A stretch of DNA of 63,139 bases, counting the filler, from Bdellovibrionota bacterium (GTDB taxonomy: Bacteria > Bdellovibrionota > Bdellovibrionia > Bdellovibrionales > JAEYZS01), in NCBI GenBank assembly GCA_963169515.1. It is 7 parts of 7 records of this genome, joined end to end, with 100 filler letters (N's around TTAATTAATTAA, not from the genome) between each part and the next. Parts side by side here need not be neighbours in the genome. Positions count along the whole stretch, not along the records: positions 1 to 4,027 come from CAUJEF010000067.1; positions 4,128 to 12,870 come from CAUJEF010000069.1; 5 more parts are not named here. One strand, 5' to 3'. Every line of letters starts with the position of its first letter. Positions within the stretch are counted from its first letter, which is position 1. Below are positions 1 through 9,901 of the stretch, piece by piece. A program made the translations under genes and the position numbers. Below the pieces are notes generated by a model. The model was not told the DNA's origin, made no database searches, and worked only from the letters and a program-made list of their open reading frames with translations.

Positions 1-621
1 TGTGCGGATTCCGGCAATGCATTCATTTAAAAATCGTTCTGCAGATACGTAGCGAATTCGAAGTTGTGGAAAATTATCTTGAATATGATTGCCAACCCCA
101 TTTAATAGATGAGTTTTTCCCATACCGGTCGGACCACATAAAAATAAAGGGTTGTATCCCCCGCCTGGATTTTTAGCGACGTTAAACGAAGCTGCATGGG
201 CAAATTCGTTGTTTCGCCCCACCACGAATGTGGAAAAAGTATACTCCGGATTTAAAACCTTTTGCTGAGTACTCAAATTGATGTGTGGTAATTGTGTATT
301 TTGCACAGGGACCACGGCCTCATTTAATGACTGAACTTTAAATTCCTTTTGGGGTGGGTCAAGATCGGGATTGACTATCAATTGAATTTGAAATGGCTCT
401 CGATGAACGGCTGAAATTTCAGCACAAATGCGGTCTAAAAAATTTTCTGAAATCCAATACTTATGTAAATCTGTAGGGACCCCAAGTTTGAAGATGGTAC
501 CGCTTGGGGCAAGCTCTGTTTCAATTAAAATAATAGGGTCAAACCATGTTTCAAGGTACTTATTTCCAGGATTCTTTGACTTTAGGTTTTCTTTAATAAC
601 GTCCCAGATTTGAGATTCCAT
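1..621 (-). CDS. dnaA: Chromosomal replication initiator DnaA, N-terminal part (runs off window start; missing from the ORF track)
   Basis: Manual translation from ATG 621 (RBS GAGGGGG): MESQIWDVIKENL...LNPEYTFSTFVVGRNNEFAHAA...YNPLFLCGPTGMGKTHLL (Walker A); divergent from rpmH. Confidence 0.97.
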   Translation of the reverse strand, partial: MESQIWDVIKENLKSKNPGNKYLETWFDPIILIETELAPSGTIFKLGVPTDLHKYWISENFLDRICAEISAVHREPFQIQLIVNPDLDPPQKEFKVQSLNEAVVPVQNTQLPHINLSTQQKVLNPEYTFSTFVVGRNNEFAHAASFNVAKNPGGGYNPLFLCGPTGMGKTHLLNGVGNHIQDNFPQLRIRYVSAERFLNECIAGIRT

Positions 622-686
622 TGGCCCCCTCAAGATTGACACCAACTATGATGATGTATGTCCCGCACCCACAAGCGAAAAACGAT

Positions 687-695
687 TGTGGATAA
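687..695. promoter_or_regulatory. Perfect DnaA box in the dnaA-rpmH intergenic region
   Basis: TGTGGATAA is the reverse complement of consensus TTATCCACA, directly upstream of dnaA. Confidence 0.8.
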
Positions 696-821
696 GTAAC
701 AAAAAATGCATAAAGCTTCAACGACTTGACAGGTATTGCTGCGTCATGCTTATTATGGCAAGCCGCTTTTTTAGCCGGATTGTTGAATAAAAACTCTATT
801 TAACCTAAGGAGCTTCAACGT

Positions 822-971
822 ATGAAAAGGACGTATCAACCAAGTCGTAAAAGTCGTAAATCGACACACGGATTTAGATCAAGAATGGCTACTCGTGGAG
901 GACAAAAGGTACTCTCCGCTCGCAGGCGCAAGGGGCGAAAAAGGCTCACGATTGCTTCCGGTGGCAAGTAA
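822..971 (+). CDS. rpmH: 50S ribosomal protein L34 (49 aa, below the ORF track cutoff)
   Basis: [51 protein letters not shown]. Confidence 0.98.
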   Translation: MKRTYQPSRKSRKSTHGFRSRMATRGGQKVLSARRRKGRKRLTIASGGK

Positions 972-1305
972 TTTAATTGTTTTGACCCGTAAATCTGACT
1001 TCGAACATCTAAAAAAAAGGGGGAAGCGACTATACCCTTGCGACTGGATGATCGTTAATTATCTGCCTAACCCGTTAGATCAAATGCGTTGTGGGTGGGT
1101 CGTCTCAAAAAAAATAGGAAAGGCTACGGTTAGGAACAAAATAAAGCGATGGTGTCGAGAATTTTTTAGGGAAGTGGCAAAAGGGGATGACATAAAGTCG
1201 GTCGATATAAATGTCGTCTTAAAAGAAAAAGATGAGACTTTTTACAAAAAACGAACTTACAAAGAATTTAAAGGATATTTGCAAAAATCCTGGGACCGCA
1301 TTTAA
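961..1305 (+). CDS. rnpA: Ribonuclease P protein component
   Basis: [19 protein letters not shown] (RNR motif); position after rpmH; GTG 961 is the likely start. Confidence 0.93.
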   Translation: MASNLIVLTRKSDFEHLKKRGKRLYPCDWMIVNYLPNPLDQMRCGWVVSKKIGKATVRNKIKRWCREFFREVAKGDDIKSVDINVVLKEKDETFYKKRTYKEFKGYLQKSWDRI

Positions 1306-1543
1306 TAATTGTGGGCAGGCCCTCCTTATTTTTTTTGTTTTATCATACAAAACTATTGGGTCCGTTTTTATGGGCGGAACATGTCGCTTTCATCCCACGT
1401 GCTCGGATTATGCAATGGTATGTTTAAAACAACACGGATTTTTGACGTCTATTAAATTAATTACGAAAAGGGTTTTGTCATGTCGGCCCGGCGGTCGCTT
1501 CGGATTTGACCCTGTTCCAGATAAGGGATGCATCCATGAATAA
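1232..1543 (+). CDS. yidD: Membrane protein insertion efficiency factor YidD (start uncertain)
   Basis: CRFHPTCSDYA...RVLSCRPGGRFGFDPVP signature; synteny. Confidence 0.92.
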   Translation: MRLFTKNELTKNLKDICKNPGTAFNNCGQALLIFFVLSYKTIGSVFMGGTCRFHPTCSDYAMVCLKQHGFLTSIKLITKRVLSCRPGGRFGFDPVPDKGCIHE

Positions 1544-3161
1544 ACAAGAACCCAGTTTTTTTGATAGCAAAACAATGATGGCAATTGGGCTTGTCATTGC
1601 AATTATTTTTGGGTGGCAAGCGTACCTGTCAAAAAAATACCCGCAACCCAATAAGCTTTCAGAGACAGGAACAGGCTCCACAACGGCGCAAACGGCTCCC
1701 GAAGCCAAAGACAAGCAAGACAGCAAGGTTTTTGTAGAGAATGCAGAAGAAAAAATCATCACTTACGAAAGTGGTCCTCTGAATTTAGAGATTTCCTCGA
1801 AAGGCATGGGAATCAAACGCGCAGATCTGAATCAATATAAAGACAGAAAGGGCGACAGGGTATCCATAGGAAATCAGAACACAGAAAGTTATTTGTTTGA
1901 AACGCAAGTCGCCGGGGCCAGGCTCAATTTTAATCTTGAAAAACGTGAAAATAATGTAATAGCCGGAGTTTTTAAAAAAGGCGATTTTGAAATCGAAAGA
2001 ATATTTACAATTAATCCCACAAAATATTTTATTGATGTAGAAACGAAGTATAAAAACATTCCGGGCGACGCAGTTGTTTTTATACCGGAAAAAATAATTC
2101 CGCATGAGGGAAGGGGCCCCCTTGTCCCCTCGGGCGAAAACCAGTCCGTATTTGTAAATCACGGGAATAATTCACACGAACGAGCAATTATCGATTCCAA
2201 AAAAACGGACAATCCGTTTTCTAAAGAACTTTCAACGGTCAGCGTTGTTTCGATGGGGAGCCTTTATTTTACAAGCGCACTGGTGGACTATTCTGAAATT
2301 TCTCCCTTTTTTTCTACCAGCATAAAAACCACCACGACAGACGGCGAACTCCATCTGGATACGGTCACGGGTAAGGTCATATATCGTTACTCTCAAGGCT
2401 CTGAGCACACAGCTAAAAATAAATTTTATATAGGCCCAAAAGATGTTGAAATATTAGGGGCCGTCGATGAACGCCTGACCCAAACCGTGAATTTCGGGTG
2501 GTTCAGCTGGATTTCAAAACCGCTGCTGATACTTATGAAGTTCTTTTATGCAATTTTTAAAAACTACGGCGTTGCCATTATACTTATGACAATAATCATC
2601 CGGCTGCTGATGCTTCCGCTTATGGTCTCTTCATACCGATCTATGAAGAAGATGCAAACTCTTCAGCCGCTGCTTTTAAAAATTAAAGAAAAACATAAGG
2701 AAAACCCGCAACAAATGCAGATTGAAACTATGGGCCTGTATAAGGCCCAAGGCGTAAATCCCGTTGCGGGATGTTTGCCGATGTTTCTACAGCTTCCTAT
2801 TTTTATGGCACTCTACAGTTTGCTCGGACATAGCATAGAGCTTTATCGTGCGCCATTCGTGTTTTGGATTCATGATCTTAGCTTTAAAGACCCATATTAT
2901 GTGTTACCGGTGATCATGGGCATAGCCATGTTTGTTCAACAAAAAATCACCCCATCGACGATGGACCCGACCCAGCAGAAGATTTTTTTATTCATGCCAA
3001 TTTTATTTACATTTTTCATGCTATCTCTGCCAAGCGGATTAACCTTATATATGGTGATCAGCTCGTTATTTGGAATTGCCCAACAACACTTTTTTTTAAA
3101 CGATAAATCTAAACAAACACAATCACCGATCGCGGCACAGAGTGTGTCGAGGGACGTATAG
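1536..3161 (+). CDS. yidC: Membrane protein insertase YidC
   Basis: N-terminal TM, periplasmic domain, NYGVAII, GCLPMFLQLPIF, DPYYVLP motifs. Confidence 0.97.
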   Translation: MNKQEPSFFDSKTMMAIGLVIAIIFGWQAYLSKKYPQPNKLSETGTGSTTAQTAPEAKDKQDSKVFVENAEEKIITYESGPLNLEISSKGMGIKRADLNQYKDRKGDRVSIGNQNTESYLFETQVAGARLNFNLEKRENNVIAGVFKKGDFEIERIFTINPTKYFIDVETKYKNIPGDAVVFIPEKIIPHEGRGPLVPSGENQSVFVNHGNNSHERAIIDSKKTDNPFSKELSTVSVVSMGSLYFTSALVDYSEISPFFSTSIKTTTTDGELHLDTVTGKVIYRYSQGSEHTAKNKFYIGPKDVEILGAVDERLTQTVNFGWFSWISKPLLILMKFFYAIFKNYGVAIILMTIIIRLLMLPLMVSSYRSMKKMQTLQPLLLKIKEKHKENPQQMQIETMGLYKAQGVNPVAGCLPMFLQLPIFMALYSLLGHSIELYRAPFVFWIHDLSFKDPYYVLPVIMGIAMFVQQKITPSTMDPTQQKIFLFMPILFTFFMLSLPSGLTLYMVISSLFGIAQQHFFLNDKSKQTQSPIAAQSVSRDV

Positions 3162-3178
3162 TAGAGGAGAAATTTAAT

Positions 3179-3739
3179 ATGGGACTTCTAAGTAAAATGT
3201 TTGGCGGAGGAAAAGACAAAGCGGGCGACGGAGTTGCTCTTGATATCATTGAGAACACCCTTAAGGGCCTTTTCGAGATTGGCCAGTTCAATTTGAACTA
3301 TGAAATTTCTGACGATGAAAAGGGAAATATCAATGTCGAGCTTTATGGGGAAGATGAAAAAAACCTGACCGAAAGAGAGGGACAATTGTTGGATGCTTTT
3401 CAGCTTTATCTAAAGCGAGTTCTCCAACATAATTTACCAGAACTTAAAGTGAATTTAAACTGTGATGCAAACGGCTTTCGTGAAGAGGCCAACGACGAAC
3501 TTCTGGAAATTGCGGAAAAGTTAAAAAACATAGCGCTTGATAAAAATCGATCTGTATATGTCCGCGCGCTTCCCCCGAAAGACAGAAAAGTAATTCATCA
3601 ATACCTTGCGGAAGACGGTAGAGTAAAAAGTAAATCTGTTGGCGAAGGGCACTTCAAGAAAATTAAAATTTTCCCAGCCAAAGGCGGGCCCAAGAATCGA
3701 GACGGTCACGGGAATCAGGATAGCGAAGAGCTGAACTAG
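3179..3739 (+). CDS. jag: Jag/KhpB (EloR) KH-R3H RNA-binding protein
   Basis: GQLLDAFQL KH-like segment, RKVIH R3H motif; between yidC and mnmE. Confidence 0.88.
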   Translation: MGLLSKMFGGGKDKAGDGVALDIIENTLKGLFEIGQFNLNYEISDDEKGNINVELYGEDEKNLTEREGQLLDAFQLYLKRVLQHNLPELKVNLNCDANGFREEANDELLEIAEKLKNIALDKNRSVYVRALPPKDRKVIHQYLAEDGRVKSKSVGEGHFKKIKIFPAKGGPKNRDGHGNQDSEELN

Positions 3740-3764
3740 CTCAAAATACATGGGGTTGTGAGCA

Positions 3765-4027
3765 ATGGCATTTCGAAACATTGAAGACACGATATGTGCC
3801 ATTGCCACGCCGCCAGGCCAGGGGGGCATATCTGTTATTCGCATAAGCGGAGGAAGGGCAAGAACGCTCATTCGTAAATTCTGTTCATTTTTGCCAGAAA
3901 ACTTAGAGTCTCACAGAGTGTATTACGGTACATTTAAAAATGATAAGGACGTGGACGAGGTCCTGGTGACCTTCTTTCAAAAGGGAAAGTCATTTACAGG
4001 GGAAGACACCTGCGAAGTTTCCTGCCA
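3765..4027 (+). CDS. mnmE: tRNA modification GTPase MnmE, N-terminal part (contig end)
   Basis: DTICAIATPPGQGGISVIRISG...SFTGEDTCEVSCH. Confidence 0.96.
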
Positions 4028-4127
4028 NNNNNNNNNNNNNNNNNNNNNNNNNNNNNNNNNNNNNNNNNNNNTTAATTAATTAANNNNNNNNNNNNNNNNN
4101 NNNNNNNNNNNNNNNNNNNNNNNNNNN
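4028..4127. other. Artificial contig linker
   Basis: 100-nt N run with central TTAATTAATTAA (stop codons in all six frames); identical at six places. Confidence 0.98.
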
Positions 4128-4565
4128 TTTTTTGTTTGATGATGGTGCGCCTTGAACTTTTGATCTTAAATAGTGAGCGATATCCCAACGGTCTTCATCT
4201 GAAATATACATGAATTTGCCTCGAACATTTTCTAACATTCCGTTCGTTACAAAATTAAAAGTTCCAACCTCCGTTGCTTTGTTTTTTAAGTCTCCATTTA
4301 AAGCCGCAACCACGTCACTTTCATTGACTAAAAAACTCAAATGAACTTGAAAAAGCTTTTTCCCGCGTTCAATTTTTTCTGGAGTCGAAGTCGCCCAGTC
4401 TTGCCGAACCTTAATAAATGCATCTTTTGTCAGCCCACCAGGGGGATACTTGATGGTATCAATAGGCCCTGGCTGAAAAGCCATTACATACGCGAAAAAA
4501 ACTACTGAAAAGGCCATGCAAAATACAAAAACGATCATACCGCCGCGATTGGCTGCTTCGTTCAT
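4128..4565 (-). CDS. Membrane-anchored cytochrome-c-like protein lacking CxxCH (3' end at contig break)
   Basis: N-terminal TM, then IERGKKLFQ and ISDEDRWDIAHYLRS helices typical of class I cytochrome c. Confidence 0.55.
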
Positions 4566-4683
4566 AGGTGTTTCCTTTGTGTCTGAATATCGATTTATTT
4601 TTAAAAGTAATGGGTGCTGGTGGCTAATGTTTTCTGATATCGTGCGCCGCAAAATAATCGCGTATTATTTCAGCATGTCTCAC

Positions 4684-5466
4684 TCACCTCCACCGAGAAG
4701 AATGTAAAGCCGGAATCTCTGTCAGAAAATCTAGAGTGTAATGATGCTTTCGCAACCAAGTTGCATAGATCTTATAGTCCGGGATGTAGCGCCCAACCAT
4801 TTTCCAGAATTTAACGCCGTGGTTTGGATGCGCCAAATGGGCGAGCTCGTGAACAACAACGTAATCGATAGCTTTCAATGGCGCCCCCATCAACTTCCAA
4901 TTTAAACTGATGGTACCCTGCTCGTTGCAGCTCCCCCACCGGGACGTGTTACCTCGAAAAATAAGCCTTTTGGGGACCAGCCCCATTTCCTTCGATCGAA
5001 TTTTCACAATTTCAGGAAAAACTTTTTTTGCCTCGCGGCTATAGTAGTCACGAATCTTAATCAGGCGTCCATGGCAGTTCAATTTTGGATTACCAATTAA
5101 CAGTTGGGCTCCCCGCACCGCTACAGTTTCTTCGAATGGTTGGATCGCAAGCTTTCGCTTCTCTCCTAAAAAAATAAACTCTTCCCCAGGCAATCCCACT
5201 TGAATTTGTTGCCCTTGGAGCAATCGATCTGATTTTTCAAGCCGGTCGCGAACCCATTGTTCATTTTTCAAAAGAAATTGATCTATATGGCTTTTTTTTT
5301 CTTTGATGGCTGTCGACAGACGAAGGGTTTTATTTTTTTCTATGGTAACTTTAATTCTTCGATATCGAGGAATACGTTCGTGTTTAAATGTCCAGCCTTT
5401 ATAATAATAAACAGACGAAACCTGTGTTTCGGTCTGCTGAAATAAAAATCGAGGGATTTCTAACAT
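4684..5466 (-). CDS. YgjP/DUF45-family (M48-like) metal-dependent hydrolase
   Basis: SRWGSC...ISLNWKL...DYVVVHELAHLAHPNHG..FW. Confidence 0.9.
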   Translation of the reverse strand: MLEIPRFLFQQTETQVSSVYYYKGWTFKHERIPRYRRIKVTIEKNKTLRLSTAIKEKKSHIDQFLLKNEQWVRDRLEKSDRLLQGQQIQVGLPGEEFIFLGEKRKLAIQPFEETVAVRGAQLLIGNPKLNCHGRLIKIRDYYSREAKKVFPEIVKIRSKEMGLVPKRLIFRGNTSRWGSCNEQGTISLNWKLMGAPLKAIDYVVVHELAHLAHPNHGVKFWKMVGRYIPDYKIYATWLRKHHYTLDFLTEIPALHSSRWR

Positions 5467-5580
5467 TTTCCAGATATCATATCAGATATTTTTTCATAGC
5501 CCTTAGATGTTACGCTCTAACACCGTGCTCCGGTGGCCCTTTACCTTGCTAAATTTGGTGGCTACAGACTACAAATATCT

Positions 5581-5674
5581 GGTCAGAGCCCATACAATAG
5601 AGACCTCGCGAATCCCGCCAGGACCGGAAGGTAGCAACGGTAACTTGGAACCTATGTGATATGGGTTTCTGACC
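5581..5674 (+). ncRNA. ffs: Signal recognition particle RNA (small bacterial SRP)
   Basis: Conserved CAGGACCGGAAGGTAGCA core; ends pair (GGTCAGAG/TTCTGACC); immediately upstream of dnaX. Confidence 0.93.
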
Positions 5675-5693
5675 TTAGTGCTTGGAGATAAAA

Positions 5694-7265
5694 ATGTCTT
5701 ATCAGGTGACCGCCCGAAAGTGGCGCCCAAAAACATTTAAAGACTTAATCGGGCAGGATCATATTACCCAAACATTGATCAATGCACTTCGTTCTGATCG
5801 ACTGCCACACGCCCTTCTTTTTTCGGGTACCCGCGGCGTTGGCAAAACCTCGTCCGCCCGCGTTTTGGCTAAAACAATTTTATGTCCAAATGTTCAAGAT
5901 TTTGTTCCATGCAGCCAGTGTTCTGTTTGCGAAGAAATCGCGGCAGGAAACCACGTCGACGTGATCGAGATCGATGGAGCCAGCAATAACGGTGTCGATG
6001 CAATCCGCGAGCTGCGCGAAACTGTGGGCTATATGCCCGCCGGCGGAAAATACAAAGTTTATATCATCGATGAAGTGCATATGCTTACGACCAGCGCATT
6101 CAACGCGCTATTGAAGACCTTGGAAGAGCCCCCTCCACACGTGATTTTCGTTATGGCAACGACAGAGCCGCAAAAAATCCCCGTGACTATTTTGTCCCGT
6201 TGTCAGCGGTTTGATTTCAGAAGGATTTCAACCCGTATTTTAAAGGCGCAAATTGAAAATATCTGCAAAACCGACGGCGTGGAGTTTGAACCTGAAGCTC
6301 TGTGGCTGATTTCACGTTTAGCAGATGGATCAAGCCGTGATGGCTTAAGCATTCTGGATCAGGTAATCAACTTTACTGGCGCACGGTTGACACAAAAAAA
6401 CATTGTTGAAGTTTTGGGACTTACTGACCGAAATTTATTGATACAGTCACTGCGAGCGTTCGTGGATCGCGATTTAGCATCCATTACGGACATCATCGAA
6501 AAAATATTTTCGGCAGGATACGATCCCTCCAATTTTATGAAAGATCTTTTGGAAGAAGTTCGGCATATGCTTCTTGCAAAATTGAATACGTCAAAAACCC
6601 CATTGCTGGATCTTGCCGATAGCGAAATTGAATCATTAAGGAAAACTGCAGAAACCCTGTCGCACGAAGATATTCACTTGCTATTTGATATGGCGCTAAA
6701 GGGATCTGCAGACGTTTTGCGGGCTCAAAGCCCACGCGTCGTTTTGGAAATGGTGCTCTTAAGAATGGCGCAGGCCCCACGCATTCAAGAAATTTCACAA
6801 TTGTTAGGTAGCCGCGACCCCAAAAACACCCAGAACGCGTCATCGCAAAGACAAGCGCCAGCACAACATTCGACCCCTGACACATGGGAATCGTTTGTTG
6901 AAAAGGCAAAAACAGAAAACCCCCTTCTGGCCGCACAATTGGTCAATGTTTCTCTAATTCAGATGACAGAACAAACAGTCACCCTGGGGGTCGCGTCCAA
7001 CCAAAAGTTTATGTACGAGCAATTAAATGTCCCAAAAACTCTGGAAAAGATTTCTCAGTTGCTTAAAAAGATTTGGGGCAAGACAGCGCGTGTTCAAATT
7101 CAACTCTCTGACGACGCCCCCCCATCACCCAACATGATAAAGCAAAAAATCCAGGTGGACAAAAAACGAGATATTGCAGAACGAGTTGAATCACATCCCA
7201 TGGTTCAAAATTTAAAAAATATTTTTAAAACAGAAGTAGCGTCAATTAAGGAGACCAAGCAATGA
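5694..7265 (+). CDS. dnaX: DNA polymerase III subunit gamma/tau
   Basis: MSYQVTARKWRP, GTRGVGKT, DEVHML, SRC motifs. Confidence 0.98.
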   Translation: MSYQVTARKWRPKTFKDLIGQDHITQTLINALRSDRLPHALLFSGTRGVGKTSSARVLAKTILCPNVQDFVPCSQCSVCEEIAAGNHVDVIEIDGASNNGVDAIRELRETVGYMPAGGKYKVYIIDEVHMLTTSAFNALLKTLEEPPPHVIFVMATTEPQKIPVTILSRCQRFDFRRISTRILKAQIENICKTDGVEFEPEALWLISRLADGSSRDGLSILDQVINFTGARLTQKNIVEVLGLTDRNLLIQSLRAFVDRDLASITDIIEKIFSAGYDPSNFMKDLLEEVRHMLLAKLNTSKTPLLDLADSEIESLRKTAETLSHEDIHLLFDMALKGSADVLRAQSPRVVLEMVLLRMAQAPRIQEISQLLGSRDPKNTQNASSQRQAPAQHSTPDTWESFVEKAKTENPLLAAQLVNVSLIQMTEQTVTLGVASNQKFMYEQLNVPKTLEKISQLLKKIWGKTARVQIQLSDDAPPSPNMIKQKIQVDKKRDIAERVESHPMVQNLKNIFKTEVASIKETKQ

Positions 7266-7585
7266 AACCATTCCCAGGCGGCCTGCAAAATTTTATGAAG
7301 CAAGTTACCCAAATTCAGGGGCGTGCAGAAAAGTTACAAACAGAATTGAAGGCCCGTACATTCACGAGCACAAGTGGCGGTGGCGCCGTGGCCGCCACGG
7401 TCAATGGCGATTATCAGCTTACACAGCTTGTGATTAAACCTGAGGTCATAAAGGATGGCGACGTAGAAATGATTCAAGATTTAGTCACGACGGCAGTTAA
7501 CGAAGCGTTAAAAGAGGCGCGGACAACATCAGAGCAAGAAATGAGCAAACTCACAGGCGGAATGAGTTTCCCGGGAATGTTTTAA
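7262..7585 (+). CDS. ybaB: YbaB/EbfC nucleoid-associated protein
   Basis: SGGGAVAATVNG...DVEMIQDLVTTAVNEA; dnaX-ybaB-recR synteny. Confidence 0.95.
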   Translation: MKPFPGGLQNFMKQVTQIQGRAEKLQTELKARTFTSTSGGGAVAATVNGDYQLTQLVIKPEVIKDGDVEMIQDLVTTAVNEALKEARTTSEQEMSKLTGGMSFPGMF

Positions 7586-8184
7586 TGACTGAAATTAAGT
7601 CTCTAAAAGCATTGACCCACGAATTATCTCGCTTACCCGGAATCGGAGAGCGATCGGCACAGCGTATGACCTATTTTTTATTGAAAAAAGGACCCGCCTT
7701 TATGGATCAACTGCAAGCGGCAATTCGAGACGTTCGGGATCGCGTGCGGTTATGCTCAGAGTGTTTCGCCTATACAGAACAGACAGATAGTTGTGAAATT
7801 TGTAAAGATCCAAGTCGACAATCCAATATTTTGTGCGTGGTTGAATCGCCATCGGACATTTTGAAAATAGATGCTTCGGGCGCCTACGCGGGGCGCTACC
7901 ATGTGCTCCACGGCGCAATTGCACCACTTGAGGGCGTTCATCCTGAGCATCTTAAAATCAAAGAGCTTGTAAATCGCTCAGAGCTGCACAACTTGAAAGA
8001 AATTATTCTAGCCTTAGATGCGGACCTTGAGGGTGACACGACCGCCCTGTACCTCTCTAGATTGCTCCAAAATAGGGGGATTAAGGTTACGAGGCTTGCT
8101 TATGGGGTTCCATTTGGATCAGATATTGATTATATTGATCGCAGAACCCTTGGAAAAGCGATTGAAAACAGGGTTGAGGTTTAA
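7585..8184 (+). CDS. recR: Recombination mediator RecR
   Basis: LPGIGERSAQR HhH, C4 zinc finger, Toprim domain. Confidence 0.97.
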   Translation: MTEIKSLKALTHELSRLPGIGERSAQRMTYFLLKKGPAFMDQLQAAIRDVRDRVRLCSECFAYTEQTDSCEICKDPSRQSNILCVVESPSDILKIDASGAYAGRYHVLHGAIAPLEGVHPEHLKIKELVNRSELHNLKEIILALDADLEGDTTALYLSRLLQNRGIKVTRLAYGVPFGSDIDYIDRRTLGKAIENRVEV

Positions 8185-8192
8185 AAGGCCAA

Positions 8193-8786
8193 ATGTCGTT
8201 TATCAATAAAAATGCAAAAGAAATCCACTGCAAGATTGTGTATTACGGCCCATCACTAGGCGGTAAAACGACAAATGTTCAATGGATCTATCAAAAAACA
8301 GCCCAAGACCAAAAATCCAAATTGGTTGCGCTGAATCCCAACAATGAACGTACGATTTTTTTTGATTTTTTGCCGCTTTTTTTGGGCGACGTTCGTGGAT
8401 TTCAAACCCGATTTCATCTTTACAGCGTTCCTGGGCAGATCGTTTACGACGCATCAAGGAAGTTGATTTTGAAGGGCCTGGATGGAGTCATTTTTGTTGC
8501 GGATTCACAAAAAGAACGTATGGAAGAAAACTTAGAATCAATTAAAAATTTGAAAGTCAATCTGTCACAACAAGGTTACGACATCGAAAAGGTGCCATTA
8601 ATTTTTCAATACAATAAACGTGACCTGCCAAACGCAGTTCCACTAAAGGAGTTGCGCGAGAAATTGAACCTCTACAACGCCCCCGATTTCGAAGCCATAG
8701 CCTCTGAGGGAACAGGCGTTTCTGAGTCTTTCCAAACAATGGCAAAAAAAATTGTGACAATTCTTAAGGGTGGAGTTGTTGCGTAA
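8193..8786 (+). CDS. mglA: Ras-like GTPase MglA
   Basis: MSFINKNAKEIHCKIVYYGPSLGGKTTN, RTIFFDF, VPGQ, QYNKRDL. Confidence 0.95.
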   Translation: MSFINKNAKEIHCKIVYYGPSLGGKTTNVQWIYQKTAQDQKSKLVALNPNNERTIFFDFLPLFLGDVRGFQTRFHLYSVPGQIVYDASRKLILKGLDGVIFVADSQKERMEENLESIKNLKVNLSQQGYDIEKVPLIFQYNKRDLPNAVPLKELREKLNLYNAPDFEAIASEGTGVSESFQTMAKKIVTILKGGVVA

Positions 8787-8794
8787 GGAGCCCC

Positions 8795-9742
8795 ATGCTC
8801 ACACTAATTGAAAAAGAAATTTTAGACCTTAAGCAAAAACATAATGCATTGATTTTAGCTCACTACTATGAAGACAGTGCAATTCAAAATATCGCCGATT
8901 TTGTCGGCGACAGCTTGTTCCTAGCCCAAAAAGGAAGTGAGTCCAATTGTGACGTCGTCCTTCTTGCAGGCGTTTTATTTATGGCTGAAAGTGTAAAAAT
9001 ACTCTCACCTAAAAAAACTGTTCTGATACCGGACATGAATGCGGGCTGTAGCTTAGTCAATGAATCCCCCTTTAGCGAGTACAAAAAATGGAAGAATTCC
9101 TTTCCAAATTCTGTGATGGTTACTTACGTTAATAGCTCAGCCGAGGTAAAATCCATTTCCGATGTGGTTTGCACTTCGAGTAATGTAGAAAAAATTATCC
9201 AATCCATACCAAAGGATAAAAAGATATTGTTTGGGCCAGATAAACACCTGGGACGGTGGGTGAAAAAGATCACTGGACGGGATATGGAGTTTTGGAATGG
9301 TTCATGCCAAGTGCATATTTTGTTTTCTGCACAAAGGCTTTTTGAAATGAAGCAAGAACATCCTGACGCTCTTGTCATAGCACACCCTGAATGTGACGAT
9401 GGGGTTCTATCGCAATCAGATATCATTGGGTCTACATCGAAGTTGTTAGAAACTGTTCAAAAGGGTAAACATAAAAAGTATATCGTCGCAACTGAAGACG
9501 GCATTCTTTACCAAATGAAAAAATCCCGACCTGACGTCGAGTTAATCCAAGCCCCGTCAAATTCAAGCTGCGCGTGCAATCAGTGCCCATTTATGAAAAT
9601 GAATACGCTTGAAAAAATTAGAGACGCTTTGAAGAGGCTTAACCCCTGCATCGAGATCAGCCCTGACGTTCTTCAAAAAGCGCAAATTCCACTGCAAAGA
9701 ATGATGAAAATCAGTCGAAATGAAACGGTCGTTTGGAACTGA
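8795..9742 (+). CDS. nadA: Quinolinate synthase
   Basis: ILAHYY, GDSL, FMAE, GCSL, YVNS, AHPEC, CxCNxCPFMK. Confidence 0.96.
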   Translation: MLTLIEKEILDLKQKHNALILAHYYEDSAIQNIADFVGDSLFLAQKGSESNCDVVLLAGVLFMAESVKILSPKKTVLIPDMNAGCSLVNESPFSEYKKWKNSFPNSVMVTYVNSSAEVKSISDVVCTSSNVEKIIQSIPKDKKILFGPDKHLGRWVKKITGRDMEFWNGSCQVHILFSAQRLFEMKQEHPDALVIAHPECDDGVLSQSDIIGSTSKLLETVQKGKHKKYIVATEDGILYQMKKSRPDVELIQAPSNSSCACNQCPFMKMNTLEKIRDALKRLNPCIEISPDVLQKAQIPLQRMMKISRNETVVWN

Positions 9743-9845
9743 AAAATAGTTCATTTTAGGTCAGAATCGACTTTAGTCTTATATTTAAAATTTTATAAGC
9801 ATCTGAAACTATTTGATTTTATAGCTAAGCCCTGCTTTTGACACT

Positions 9846-9871
9846 TAAACAAAGGTTAAGCTGGCCGATAA
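9846..9871 (+). promoter_or_regulatory. Putative sigma-28 (FliA) promoter
   Basis: TAAA-N14-GCCGATAA (TTAA-N15 from 9845), about 30 nt upstream of ATG 9902. Confidence 0.65.
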
Positions 9872-9901
9872 GCCTTATGATTGGATAAACAAGGAAAAAC
9901 T

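Noticed and set aside
895..960. N-terminal extension of the rnpA ORF
   Set aside because: Lies inside rpmH in another frame; GTG 961 is the plausible start
5694..7265. Programmed -1 frameshift in dnaX
   Set aside because: No clear A-AAA-AAG slippery site with a downstream hairpin seen after domain III
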